DNA of 64,000 nucleotides from an uncultured Candidatus Entotheonella sp. (GTDB lineage Bacteria > Tectomicrobia > Entotheonellia > Entotheonellales > Entotheonellaceae), in contig CBDCDA010000001.1 of the NCBI GenBank assembly GCA_965215335.1, positions 608,001-672,000 on the forward strand. Reading direction: 5' to 3'. The translations under genes and the position numbers were made by a program. The notes beneath the pieces were generated by a model. The model did not search any database, had not been told where the DNA came from, and saw nothing but the letters and a program-made list of their open reading frames with translations. This document shows, one piece after another, positions 32,073 through 41,806 of the stretch. Position 1 is the first letter of the stretch, and each line of letters opens with the position of its first letter.

Positions 32073-32720
32073 CTATGCAGCCCGCAATGCCTGAACGGCC
32101 GCCCCGTAATCCGGCTGCCCGAAAATCGCCGTGCCGGCCACCAGAACGTCGGCACCGGCCGCGCAGATAGCGGCAGCGTTGTCGGCCTTCACCCCACCGT
32201 CGACCTCGATAGTCACGGGTAACCGGCGTCCCCCAATCTGCGCCTTGAGGGCGCGTATTTTATCGAGCGTCGCGGGCAGAAAGCGCTGCCCGCCGAAGCC
32301 CGGGTTCACCGACATCAGCAGTACCATGTGCACCTCGGGAAGAATCTCGTCCAGGGCGTGCAGCGAGGTGGCGGGATTCAGGACGACGCTGGCACGCACC
32401 CCGGCATCCTTGATCGCCTGGATGGTGCGGTGCAGGTGACGGCAGGCTTCGACGTGAACCGTCAGGTTGTCGCTGCCGGCGTCAATGAAGTCCGGCAACA
32501 GGGCGTCCGGTTGCTCGACCATCAGATGAACGTCCAACGGCAGCTTCGTGACCGCCTTGATGGCCTTGATCACCGGCGGGCCAATGGTCAGGTTGGGGAC
32601 AAAATGGCCATCCATCACGTCGACGTGCAACAGGTCGGCCCCGGCGGCTTCGACCGCAGCGATTTCCTCGCCCAGACGGGCAAAATCCGCCGCCAGTATG
32701 GAAGGAGCGATCTTCGCCAT
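32073..32720 (-). CDS. rpe: Ribulose-phosphate 3-epimerase
   Basis: HVDVMDGHFVPN, MSVNPGFGGQ, EVDGG. Confidence 0.97.
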   Translation of the reverse strand: MAKIAPSILAADFARLGEEIAAVEAAGADLLHVDVMDGHFVPNLTIGPPVIKAIKAVTKLPLDVHLMVEQPDALLPDFIDAGSDNLTVHVEACRHLHRTIQAIKDAGVRASVVLNPATSLHALDEILPEVHMVLLMSVNPGFGGQRFLPATLDKIRALKAQIGGRRLPVTIEVDGGVKADNAAAICAAGADVLVAGTAIFGQPDYGAAVQALRAA

Positions 32721-32737
32721 GCGGAACTTCCTCGAAG

Positions 32738-34144
32738 TTACGAGTTTCGGGCGCGAAAACGAGCCGCAAAGACGCCCTCGGTGCCATATTGGTCCGGCGT
32801 CAGATCAAGGGTTTCGATACGGGAAGAATGTTGATCGAGCTCTTCTGGAAGGTCACTGGCCACCGCGTCGAGCCGCAGTTCCGGGTGGCGATCCAGGAAC
32901 GTCCGCACCACGTCGCGCGTCTCCTCTGGCTCGTTGGAGCACACACTATACACCAACAATCCATCCGCGGCGAGGCAGCGGCGCTGTGCCTCAAGCAGCG
33001 CCAACTGCGTGGCCTGCATGCCCTGCAGATCCTCGGAACCTTTGCGCCACTTGATGTCGGGATGGCGGCTCAGCACGCCCAGGCCGGAGCACGGCGCATC
33101 CACGAGAATACGGTCGAAGACACCGGGCCACGGCGGTGGCCCGGTACTGTCCGACGCCGCGGGCGTGATGCTCGTCAACCGCAGACGCCGCACGTTGGCA
33201 TCGAGAAGCCGCAGGCGGCTGACCTGCCCGTCGCAGGCCAGGATGTATCCCGTATCGTCCATGAGCCGGGCAAGGTGGGTCGTCTTGCCGCCCGGCGCCG
33301 CGCAGGCATCCAGCACTCGCTGTCCGGGCTGCGCCCGGCACAACGGCGCCACCAGCATGGCGCCTTCATCCTGCACCTGGAACAGGCCGTCCCGATAACT
33401 CGGCAGCGCGTCCAGGCGACTCGTCCCCTGTACGACCAGCGCCTCCGCCAGCAGACGAGAGGGCCTGACAAGCCGCAGCCCCTCTTGCACGAGACGCTGC
33501 GCCAAAACCTGCGGGGTGATGCGCAAGGTGTTGACGCGCAGCGTGACGTCCCGGGGACGATTGTTCGCCGCGCACAGGGCTTGCGTACGCGCCCGGCCGT
33601 AACGGTCCAGCCAGCGCGCCACCAGCCATTGCGGATGCGAGTGCGCCACCGCGAGATGCGCCGCCGGCTGCGTGTCGGCGTCCGGCAAGGCATACGTGGC
33701 GTGCTGCCGCAAAAGGGTGCGCAGAACGCCGTTCACCAACCCGGCGACCCCGGCGTGTCCGAAACGCCGCGCCAGCCCTACCGCAGCGTGCACCGCGGCC
33801 CGCGACGGCACCCGTTCCATCCACAGGCATTGATAGGCCCCGAGCCTGAGGATATTGCGCATCCAGGGCGTCAGAGAGTCGAGCGGGCGGCTGCACGCCT
33901 TGGACAGCAGCCAGTCGATGCGGCCCTGCCAGCGCACCACGCCGTACACACACGCCGTCACGAAAGCCCGGTCCCGCCGTTCCAGGGCGCTGCCGTCCAG
34001 CATCTGCCGCAGCGCCACGTCCGTGTACGCCTGTTCCACGTCAATGGCGCGGAGCACGCGCAAAGCCGTCTGCCGTGCCGTGCCACCGCGAGGCTCGGTC
34101 TCAGGCAAACCGTTGCCCTTGCTGAACGCGGTAACCCTGTGCAA
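32738..34144 (-). CDS. rsmB: 16S rRNA m5C967 methyltransferase
   Basis: NusB-like N-terminus, QDEGA, DACAAPGGKT, DAPCSG, YSVCS; start approximate. Confidence 0.93.
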   Translation of the reverse strand: MHRVTAFSKGNGLPETEPRGGTARQTALRVLRAIDVEQAYTDVALRQMLDGSALERRDRAFVTACVYGVVRWQGRIDWLLSKACSRPLDSLTPWMRNILRLGAYQCLWMERVPSRAAVHAAVGLARRFGHAGVAGLVNGVLRTLLRQHATYALPDADTQPAAHLAVAHSHPQWLVARWLDRYGRARTQALCAANNRPRDVTLRVNTLRITPQVLAQRLVQEGLRLVRPSRLLAEALVVQGTSRLDALPSYRDGLFQVQDEGAMLVAPLCRAQPGQRVLDACAAPGGKTTHLARLMDDTGYILACDGQVSRLRLLDANVRRLRLTSITPAASDSTGPPPWPGVFDRILVDAPCSGLGVLSRHPDIKWRKGSEDLQGMQATQLALLEAQRRCLAADGLLVYSVCSNEPEETRDVVRTFLDRHPELRLDAVASDLPEELDQHSSRIETLDLTPDQYGTEGVFAARFRARNS

Positions 34145-35033
34145 AGTCGACTGCCGGCATGCGACGCCGGTTGGCTGGCTGCAACTCGTGGATGAGCAGT
34201 TGAGCGGTACCGCAGGCGACCCACAATCCCTCCGGCGTCACCGCGGTCACGGTGCCTGGCGTCTCCGCCGGGGGGTTGTCGCAGACGGCGGTGCGCCACA
34301 GCTTGACGTCCACGTCGCCGAGACGGGCCGTGGCACCCGGCCATGGAACGAGGCCGCGGACGCGATTGTGTACCACCGCGGCCGGTCGCTGCCAATCGAC
34401 GGGCCCCAGTTCCCTGGTCAGTTTTGGCGCATACGAGACGCCGGCCTCGGGTTGGGGGCGCGGTGCCATTGTTCCCTGTTCGACACCGGCAAGCACCTCG
34501 AGAAGGCCGGCGGCGCCGAGATCCGCCAGGCGGGTGCCCAGGCTCAGGGCGTCATCGTTCGCCGTGATGTCGCAGGCGGAGCGCCACCAGACGTCGCCCG
34601 TGTCAACGTATTCGTCCATCTGGATCACCGTGCAGCCGGTCACGGCTTCCCCCTGCATCAGAGCCCAGTTGACGGGTGCCGCGCCGCGGTATTTCGGCAA
34701 CAGTGAGGCGTGCACGTTGAGGCAACCGTGCAACGGCACTTCCAGTACCGCCGGCGGCAGGATGTTGCCGTAGGCTACCACCACGATCGCCGCCGGGCGC
34801 AGGGACGTCAATTGCTCGACAATCCCCGCATCCCGGCGCAAGCTCGCCGGCTGCAACACGGCACAGTCGTGCGTCAGGGCCAGCGTCTTGACCGGTGACG
34901 GCGTCGGTTTGCGGCCGCGCCCGCGCGGCCGGTCCGGCTGCGTGACCACCGCCAGGACGTCGTGAGACGAGGCGAACAGGCCGCGCAGCGTCGGCTCGGC
35001 GAAGAGGGCGGTGCCCATGAAAATGACGCGCAT
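34101..35033 (-). CDS. fmt: Methionyl-tRNA formyltransferase
   Basis: MRVIFMGT, TQPDRP.GRG, HASLLPKYRGAAP, YAPKL. Confidence 0.95.
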   Translation of the reverse strand: MRVIFMGTALFAEPTLRGLFASSHDVLAVVTQPDRPRGRGRKPTPSPVKTLALTHDCAVLQPASLRRDAGIVEQLTSLRPAAIVVVAYGNILPPAVLEVPLHGCLNVHASLLPKYRGAAPVNWALMQGEAVTGCTVIQMDEYVDTGDVWWRSACDITANDDALSLGTRLADLGAAGLLEVLAGVEQGTMAPRPQPEAGVSYAPKLTRELGPVDWQRPAAVVHNRVRGLVPWPGATARLGDVDVKLWRTAVCDNPPAETPGTVTAVTPEGLWVACGTAQLLIHELQPANRRRMPAVDFAQGYRVQQGQRFA

Positions 35034-35083
35034 GGATGACTCCGTCATGCAATCCGCGGCATTTGATCTGGAAACTGGAAAAG

Positions 35084-35886
35084 TGTATGGTCCCGAGATC
35101 AGATGGTTTGTCCCGACTCTAAATCTTTGCGGCTCCGATGTCCAGACCTTGCAGATGTATTCGTAGGGTGTAAGGCCCCGGAGGGTCTTGAGACGGCGCG
35201 CGAAGTTGCAGGCCGACAGAAAATCGTCCAGGTGGCGGCGGAGTCGGGCATGACTCTCGTCGTGGAAACGCTTGGCGGTGGCCTCCCTGACCGTGCGGTT
35301 CATGCGCTCGGCCTGACCGTTGGTCCACGGATGGTTGGGCTGCGTCAGACGGTGCTCGATGCCATGTCGCCGACACGCCCGCTCGAACAGGTGACCGCGC
35401 AAGCGCGCCGTGGCGCCGCTTCGGTTCCGGGCAAGATCGGCAAACTCGATGCCATCGTCGGTCAGCACCGTATGGACCTGACAGGGCACAGCTGCAACCA
35501 GGTCGTCCAGGAATGCTGCTGCCGCTTTCGTGTTGGCACGTTCCACCAGTCTGGCGAAGGCGAACGTCGAGGCCCGGTCGATGGCGATGAACAGATGGAT
35601 TTGCCCTCGGCGGTGCGCACTTCGGCGATGTCGATATGGAAATAGCCGATAGGGTGGCGCCTGAAGCGCTTCTTTTTTCGGGTTTGTCGCCCTCTTCGAG
35701 TGGCAGGCGGCTGATGTCATGACGCCTCAGGCAGCGATGGCGTGACGAACGGATGAGATGCGGGAGAGTCGGTTTGAGCGCATGGAGGCAGTCGTCGAGG
35801 GGCAGCAGGGTGTGGCGAAGGAAGGCCACGATGAGGGCTTCCTCGTCCTCGCTAAGGAGCGTACCATCAATCCATGGGACTACACA
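35084..35886 (-). mobile_element. Defective IS481-family element
   Basis: Ends TGTGTAGTCCC (35886) and TGTATGGTCCC (35084); transposase pieces RHTLLPLDDCL, LFIAIDRA, HPWTNGQAERMNRT; N-terminus deleted, frameshifted, no target duplication. Confidence 0.85.
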
Positions 35887-35887
35887 C

Positions 35888-35916
35888 CTAGTTAACGATT
35901 TTTGTCGTGTACAGTG
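35888..35916 (-). mobile_element. Isolated left end of an IS4-family element
   Basis: CACTGTACACGACAAAAATCGTTAACTAG matches CATTGTACACGACAAAAAGCGATAACTAG at 36825-36853. Confidence 0.8.
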
Positions 35917-35964
35917 GTCGGGAACAACTCGCTAACGTTGGCTGCGTTTGAATTTCCGCAGTAT

Positions 35965-36486
35965 CTAATTGCTCTTGCCCTGTGACTGGCGTTGAGCGCG
36001 CCTGAATTTTCGCAGGACGATGTCGCGGCCGACAGACCCCATGCGGTTGAAGAAGAACCGCCCTTCCAGGTGGTCCGTTTCGTGCTGAAACGCCCGCGCC
36101 AGAAGCCCCTCGGCGAGGATCTCGACCGCTTCGCCCGCACGGTCGGTGCACCGCAACAGCACCTCGGCAGCACGCGGCGTCGAGCCGTAAACGCCGGGAA
36201 CGCTGAGGCACCCCTCGTCCGCCTGCACACGGCCTTCGAGCCGGCTGAGCTCGGGATTGATGGCCGTCATCAGCGCCGCCGGGTCCTGGCCGCTGGTAAC
36301 GTCAACGACGAAGACCCGCAAGGACACGCCGACCTGGGGCGCGGCCAACCCGATTCCCGGCGCCGCGTACATGGTCTCAATCATGTCGTCGATCAGTTGT
36401 TGAAGCGCGTCATCGACACGCTCGACCGGCCGGGCCTTGCGGCGCAGCACGCCGTCCGGGTAGGTGCGGATGGGTAATACCGCCAT
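35965..36486 (-). CDS. def: Peptide deformylase
   Basis: GIGLAAPQ, EGCLS, QHETDHL. Confidence 0.97.
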   Translation of the reverse strand: MAVLPIRTYPDGVLRRKARPVERVDDALQQLIDDMIETMYAAPGIGLAAPQVGVSLRVFVVDVTSGQDPAALMTAINPELSRLEGRVQADEGCLSVPGVYGSTPRAAEVLLRCTDRAGEAVEILAEGLLARAFQHETDHLEGRFFFNRMGSVGRDIVLRKFRRAQRQSQGKSN

Positions 36487-36773
36487 TCGGTGTCCTTTGG
36501 CGTATCGACGGGGTGACAGGAGAGTGACACGACAACCAGATGTGCAGTCAGTCATAAGGTAGGGCCTATTTGCTCCTCTTCCCTGCTTCTTTTGTGTGTT
36601 GATACATCAGCGATCAAGTCTGCTGCGGCCACCAAAACAATATCGTCAGAGTCTGTTCCTACGAATCGGCGACATCCCAAAAGTAGGCGGGATTCTCACC
36701 GATTCCAGGGCGTTTGACGCAAAAAAGCGCCCTGGAAAGGACGAATGTTTATCCAAAAATGCCGGCAAAAAAG

Positions 36774-39133
36774 AGGGCATCTCTAATCATACGCATCTGT
36801 CGCCTGGTTCAAAATCACTGCAACCATTGTACACGACAAAAAGCGATAACTAGTTGAAAGACAAGGTGTAACCTCCTATGGTGGAAGGGCTGCCAAGCCT
36901 CACCACTCATGACTGACGTCACAGGAGATTACACCGTGAAGCACTCTACCATGCTGGCCGACTTGCTCCAATGCGCCTTTGGCTTACACCGTGCTCGCCT
37001 TACCTGTCTGGTCGCTCTCGTCATCGCCTTGTTCAAGGTCAAAACCGTTAAGCTGGCCGAACTCGCTACCGCCTTTCCGGGACCCGCCAACATCGACTCG
37101 CACTACCAACGCCTGCAACGCTTTTTCCAACACGTCCAACTCCAAGACGCATCTGTGGCGCAATTCGTAGCCGCCTTGGTGCCCCATCCTCCCTACACCC
37201 TGGCGCTGGACCGAACCCAGTGGATGCTCGGGCGGGTGCTCATCAACCGGTCGTCCACGACGGCACCGCCTTTCCCCTTTTCTGGCGCTTCCTGGCCAAA
37301 AGGGGCAACTCCAACACCCACGAGCGCATCGACCTGCTCAAGCAATTTCTTACGGTCTTTGGCCCAGACAAGATCGCCTGTCTGCTGGCTGACCGAGAAT
37401 TCATCGGTGCGACCTGGTTCGCCTGGCTCAGGGCCAATCAGGTTCCCTTCGACATCCGAATCAAGCATGACATGAAGGTATCCCGCACCACCGGGGTCTT
37501 GGCACCCGCACGCAACTTTTTCAGAAGTCTGCCGCTTTCGACGCCTTGCGCCTTGGTCGGTGCGCGTCTCGTGTGTGGCCAACGCCTGTGGATAACGGGC
37601 ATGCGGCTGCCCGCTGGCGGCTACTTGATCGTGGTGTCGAATCGTGGCGGCGATGACGCTTTGGAGCGTTACCAGAGACGGTGGAAGATTGAAGTTCTCT
37701 TTGCGGCTTTGAAATCGAGAGGGTTCAACTTCGAGGCGACGCGCTTGCGTCATGGCGAGCGCTTGGAGACGTTGTTTGGCGTGTTGGCGACAGCCTTTTA
37801 TTGGGCCTGTCACGTGGGCGCGTGGCGGCACACACGCCAAGCGCTTCGGCTCAAGACGCATGGCCGCCCGGCGCTGAGTGTTTTTCGCTATGGATTCGAT
37901 GGCATTCGTCGGGCGGTGCTCAAGGCGCCAGGGACGGGTGGCGAGCTTGAGCGATTGCTGCGTCTGATGTGGAAGGCGGTCACGTCGCCCAAAACGTTAC
38001 TCTCGCCACTCTACCCCATATGATTTTGTCGTGTACAGTGCACTGCAACACATTACCAACGTGATACCGAAGGCGGAGAGAATCGAACATGGCTCGGATG
38101 GGCTTTTTCGATGTCGAGAATCGCTACGCCGCCCTGGATGCCAGGCATGACCCCTTGGTGAAGATCAATGCCCTCGTGCCATGCGAAGCGTTCCGCAGCC
38201 GCCCAGAGGCAGTCTGGCGCAAGCCACCCGACCAGCGCAAGTTCAATGCCGGGTGCAAGCCCCGGGATGCCGTCATCATGTTCAAGGCCATCGGGCCGTG
38301 CGCCCTCTGCAATCCATCGGACGATCAGGTCGAATACCAGATGCGCGACCGCCTCTCCCTTGTGCGTTTCCTGGGTTTGCGCCTTGAAGACGAGGTGCCC
38401 GACGCCAAGACCGTGTGGCTCTGCCGCGAACAACTCTCACAGGCGGTGTGATCGAGTCCTTGTTCAACGACTTCGACGGCCATCTCGACACCCAGGGCTA
38501 CCGGGCCAGGGGCGGCCAGATCATGGATGCTTCGATTGTCGCAGTTTCCATCCAACGCGATAGTCGTGACGACAACGCCCAGATCAGGCAAGGTGAGAGC
38601 CCAGGGCATGGGTGGACAAGCCGGCCCGGCGTCGCCAGAAAGACACGGATGCGCGCTGGACGAAGAAACACGGCAGAAGTCACTACGGTTACAAGAACCA
38701 CCTCGGCATCGACCGTCGGCACAAGCTGATCCGGCGCAGTCGCGTGACGGACGCATCGGTTCACGACAGCCAGGCGGTTGACGAGTTGCTGACAACGGAC
38801 AACACGGCAAGCGCTGTGGGGCCGACAGCCGAAAGCCATCGAGGAGGAAGCTCAAGGCCAAGGGGTTGACGAGCCGGATTCATCGCAAGGGCTATCGTAA
38901 CCGTCCATCAACATGCGACGGCTGGTTCAATTACACCATTCAACCCGCCTTGGGATGGCCGGCCAGGCACAACCGGGTGTGAGGTGGTGTCGACTGCGGT
39001 CCTTGACAGGCAATTTCCCGTTGCCGAGCGGTGAAATCCCCCTGGAAGTCGAGTTCATGTTCATACCGAAACGGTGTGCATTGCCGACCCTGGCATCTTT
39101 GACCATCCCATGAGGCATTTTTCGAGGTGCCCT
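36774..39133 (+). mobile_element. Degenerate IS5-family element, interrupted by IS4
   Basis: Ends AGGGCATCTCTAA / TTCGAGGTGCCCT; transposase pieces from 38089: MGFFD..DPL, SDDQVEYQMRDRLS, GGQIMDAS, DARWTKK..YGYKNH, SVHDS; multiple frameshifts. Confidence 0.8.
36825..38040 (+). mobile_element. IS4-family element with a frameshifted transposase
   Basis: TIR CATTGTACACGACAAAA / TTTTGTCGTGTACAGTG; 9-bp target duplication CACTGCAAC (36816-36824, 38041-38049); LDRTQW, ADREFIG, YQRRWKIE; small deletion near 37245. Confidence 0.9.
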
Positions 39134-39491
39134 TTCGAGACAGACTCTCAGGGTGTCGGGTGATCGTGCAACGGCTTGCCAATTCGGCCTCGGCACGGCT
39201 GTCCATGCGCTTTAACCGAATTCTTCGGTTATCGGGACCATACACCTAATCCAAGGAGATTTTCCAGTGCGTCCAGCATGGGTTCTCTCAGCAAGGTCGG
39301 AATGGACGAGCCATGTTGCCCATCCGCCTCTGTTCGGGTGGCCATGATCACCGTGGAACCACCTGATTCCGAGTGTGGGGCCACCCTTCCACTCGAAAGT
39401 TGTTACAGCCCATCGTTCCTCACCATCATTTGTGTGGACTACACAACATGCGGTCCCTCTTGCCGACGATACATGATACGATATGCCCGAT

Positions 39492-39889
39492 ATGAAAGTG
39501 GCCTTTGATACCGACGTCATTGTCGCAGTCGCATCACGGCGCAGCCGGTCCGGCGCTTCTCACGTCCTGCTCCGCATCTTGCAGGCCGGCGTGCTCGCCC
39601 CGCCGTCGCCAGCGTCCCCATGATGCTGGAATACGAAGCAGTCCTGATGCGACCCGAACAGCGCCAGGCCACCGGGATGAGCGCGCAGGATGTCCAGGAT
39701 TTCCTTGATGAACTAGCCGCTCGTGCCGTGACTACGTGGTTCCTCTGGCGGCCGTGCCTGCGAGACCCGGATGACGAGATGGTGCTTGATGCCGCCATCA
39801 ATGGCGGAGCAGAGGCCCTTGTGACGTTCAACGTGCAGGATTTCTGTCGGGAGCCGTCGTCTTCAACTTGCGCCAGCTGGCTTCGTTGA
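39492..39889 (+). pseudogene. PIN-domain toxin, frameshifted and truncated
   Basis: MKVAFDTDVIVA...GAS; in another frame EYEAVL...WRPCLRDPDDEMVLDAAING...VTFNVQDF. Confidence 0.75.
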
Positions 39890-40040
39890 AGATCGAGGCG
39901 GAGAAGATCGCGGCCGAGGAGGGGACGTCGTCGAACCAGTTCATCAACGTTGCGGTTGCGGAGAAGTTGTCAACGCTGCGCACGGCGCGCTACTTCGAGG
40001 AGCGGCGCTCGCGGGCGAAGCCGAATGCCTTTCGATCGTC
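39868..40040 (+). pseudogene. Cognate RHH-type antitoxin remnant
   Basis: SLKIEAEKIAAEEGTSSNQFINVAVAEKLSTL; no proper start; runs into unrelated sequence. Confidence 0.6.
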
Positions 40041-40226
40041 TCATGAGGACGGCGGGGTGACGAACCACCTCGGCCTGGCGACGAGGTCTTGCCGGCAAGC
40101 ACTGGCTGAAGTTTTGCATCTTGCCCAAATGTTATTATCCCGATACGGCGCTCCGGTTCCCATGCGCATAAGCACGCAAAGCACAGAATGTCGAGACAAG
40201 ACTCGGTATCAGGAGCAATCCCCTAT

Positions 40227-40676
40227 ATGCCAAGCCGCGATGACACCAAACAACTGGAAACCATCGTTGAGCGCATCCTGGAAGAGAACGACCTGGAAGC
40301 GTTTGCCGAGTATTGGGGCCTAGGCAGGGAGCTCATGGACGGGCTGCCGGTGCGGGCGTTCTACGTCTGTGCCGAGGGCAGCTATGTCAACTTGGCCGTC
40401 CTCACGGATAAGTTGATCATTGATATTGTGACGGACGAGGACGATGAAACCTTGGGCGATCTGACTGTCATCGTGATGACATCCATCGCAGAGGTTCATT
40501 TCCATGCAGGCCCGGTGCGGACGATCCCGGATTCGCACGAAGCCCAGCTGACGCTGGTTTTGTCAACGGTCGGGGCCACCGATGCCGGCCCGTATTGGAT
40601 CGCTGAAACCGATGCAGAACGTAAACATCTGACCCGTTTTGGGAAGGCTTTATTGAACGCCGTCCCTGCCTCGTGA
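40227..40676 (+). CDS. Hypothetical protein, possible bacterial PH-like domain
   Basis: RBS AGGAG; beta-rich LAVLTDKLIIDI...SIAEVHF and an amphipathic C-terminal helix. Confidence 0.55.
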   Translation: MPSRDDTKQLETIVERILEENDLEAFAEYWGLGRELMDGLPVRAFYVCAEGSYVNLAVLTDKLIIDIVTDEDDETLGDLTVIVMTSIAEVHFHAGPVRTIPDSHEAQLTLVLSTVGATDAGPYWIAETDAERKHLTRFGKALLNAVPAS

Positions 40677-40696
40677 TGCGATTGGGAGACCCCGCC

Positions 40697-41119
40697 ATGG
40701 CTCAGAATACGCCGGTACTGGCCAGGCCTTGCCGTCCGAAGCGCAAGTCCTTCCCCGTGCCCACCAACGGCGCAGGCAAGAAGCGGCGTTCGCCGCTTCT
40801 TCTGTATTTCCCGGTAGATGCCAAGGCTCTTCGCACACCCTTTCGTGCCAAAGTGCTGCAATCGATTTGCGAAATTGCCCATCAGGAATTGGGCGACCGC
40901 ATGGTTTCTGTGGTCGTTCAGGCCAGCGTCGACCCGGATGATTCCGGCCAGATCAGGTTGCTGCTTTCCATCTGGGCCGACGTCGACAAGCATGAGTGGA
41001 ATGAGATCGACAAGGCTGTCAGCAAGGCCATGTTTGAACAGGAAGCAAAGTGGACGGAGGACGAAAGGATCGACTACCTCAGGATGATTGACTTCGAGAT
41101 TTTGCCGCTGAAGACATGA
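40697..41119 (+). CDS. Hypothetical protein, putative partner of the downstream HEPN protein
   Basis: RBS GGGAGA; acidic alpha/beta C-terminal part; ATGA overlap with the next gene. Confidence 0.55.
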   Translation: MAQNTPVLARPCRPKRKSFPVPTNGAGKKRRSPLLLYFPVDAKALRTPFRAKVLQSICEIAHQELGDRMVSVVVQASVDPDDSGQIRLLLSIWADVDKHEWNEIDKAVSKAMFEQEAKWTEDERIDYLRMIDFEILPLKT

Positions 41120-41552
41120 GGTCTCTGATTTTTACCGGCTCGGGGTACGGCTTGCCGACTCGGCCACGACGGAAGCTGAACAACGTAGTGCCATCGGACG
41201 TCTCTACTACGGTCTGCATCACGAGGCTTGTTGTCGATATTTCAGGGAGAATCCCGATGCCCTCCCTTTGGGTCGAGGCAGCAGGCACGTCCATCTCATT
41301 GAACGTTATACCACTCTCCGCACTGTTCACACCCGACGCATACGCAGGCTGCTGAGACAACTATCGCGTATGCGGAACCTATCGGATTACGAATTGGTCC
41401 ATCCTGTCCGGTACCAGAAAAAAGAGCACAGCGCGATGGAATTGATGCGCATGGCCGTGTCAGTGGCTGCGGGGTTGCTGGCTGCGCTGGAGGATTTCTC
41501 GCCGGGCGAGGCGGAGGATGGCTACTACTGCCCTGTCTTGCAACTGCGATGA
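41116..41552 (+). CDS. HEPN-domain protein (apparent 1-nt deletion at codon 2)
   Basis: The frame ending at 41552 reads VSDFYRLG...RSAIGRLYYGLHH...RH..LI...LSRMRNLSDY; ATG 41116 is one base out of frame. Confidence 0.7.
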
Positions 41553-41806
41553 GATTCTTTCGATCTGGCGCAAGCGCGCAGGCGCGAAGACCAGATCGGG
41601 GCCTACTTGTGGCTGTAAGGAATTCTACCGCGCATGAGAAACAACCCTACCGGATATGACCCTGATTTCACTCCACCTACCGCTTTTTCCTCTTCCGGGG
41701 TCAAGCCGCGTTTGCCAAGCCTCCCGAGAAGCGTGAGCATTGGCCTTGCACCCTGTTCATAAAGCGTATCTATCGCCGGCATGGCTCGTTTTCAGCCGCC
41801 GCCCCG

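Larger units (their letters stand above)
36649..39147. mobile_element. MITE-like shell (IS5/IS1031-type ends) containing two nested IS
   Basis: GAGTCTGT...ACAGACTC ends, flanked by TCA on both sides; about 140 bp remains after removing the inserts. Confidence 0.6.

Noticed and set aside
34101..35720. 539-aa integrase-Fmt fusion as a functional protein
   Set aside because: The transposase part is frameshifted and lacks its N-terminus; fmt has its own start. Reported only as an insertion by-product.
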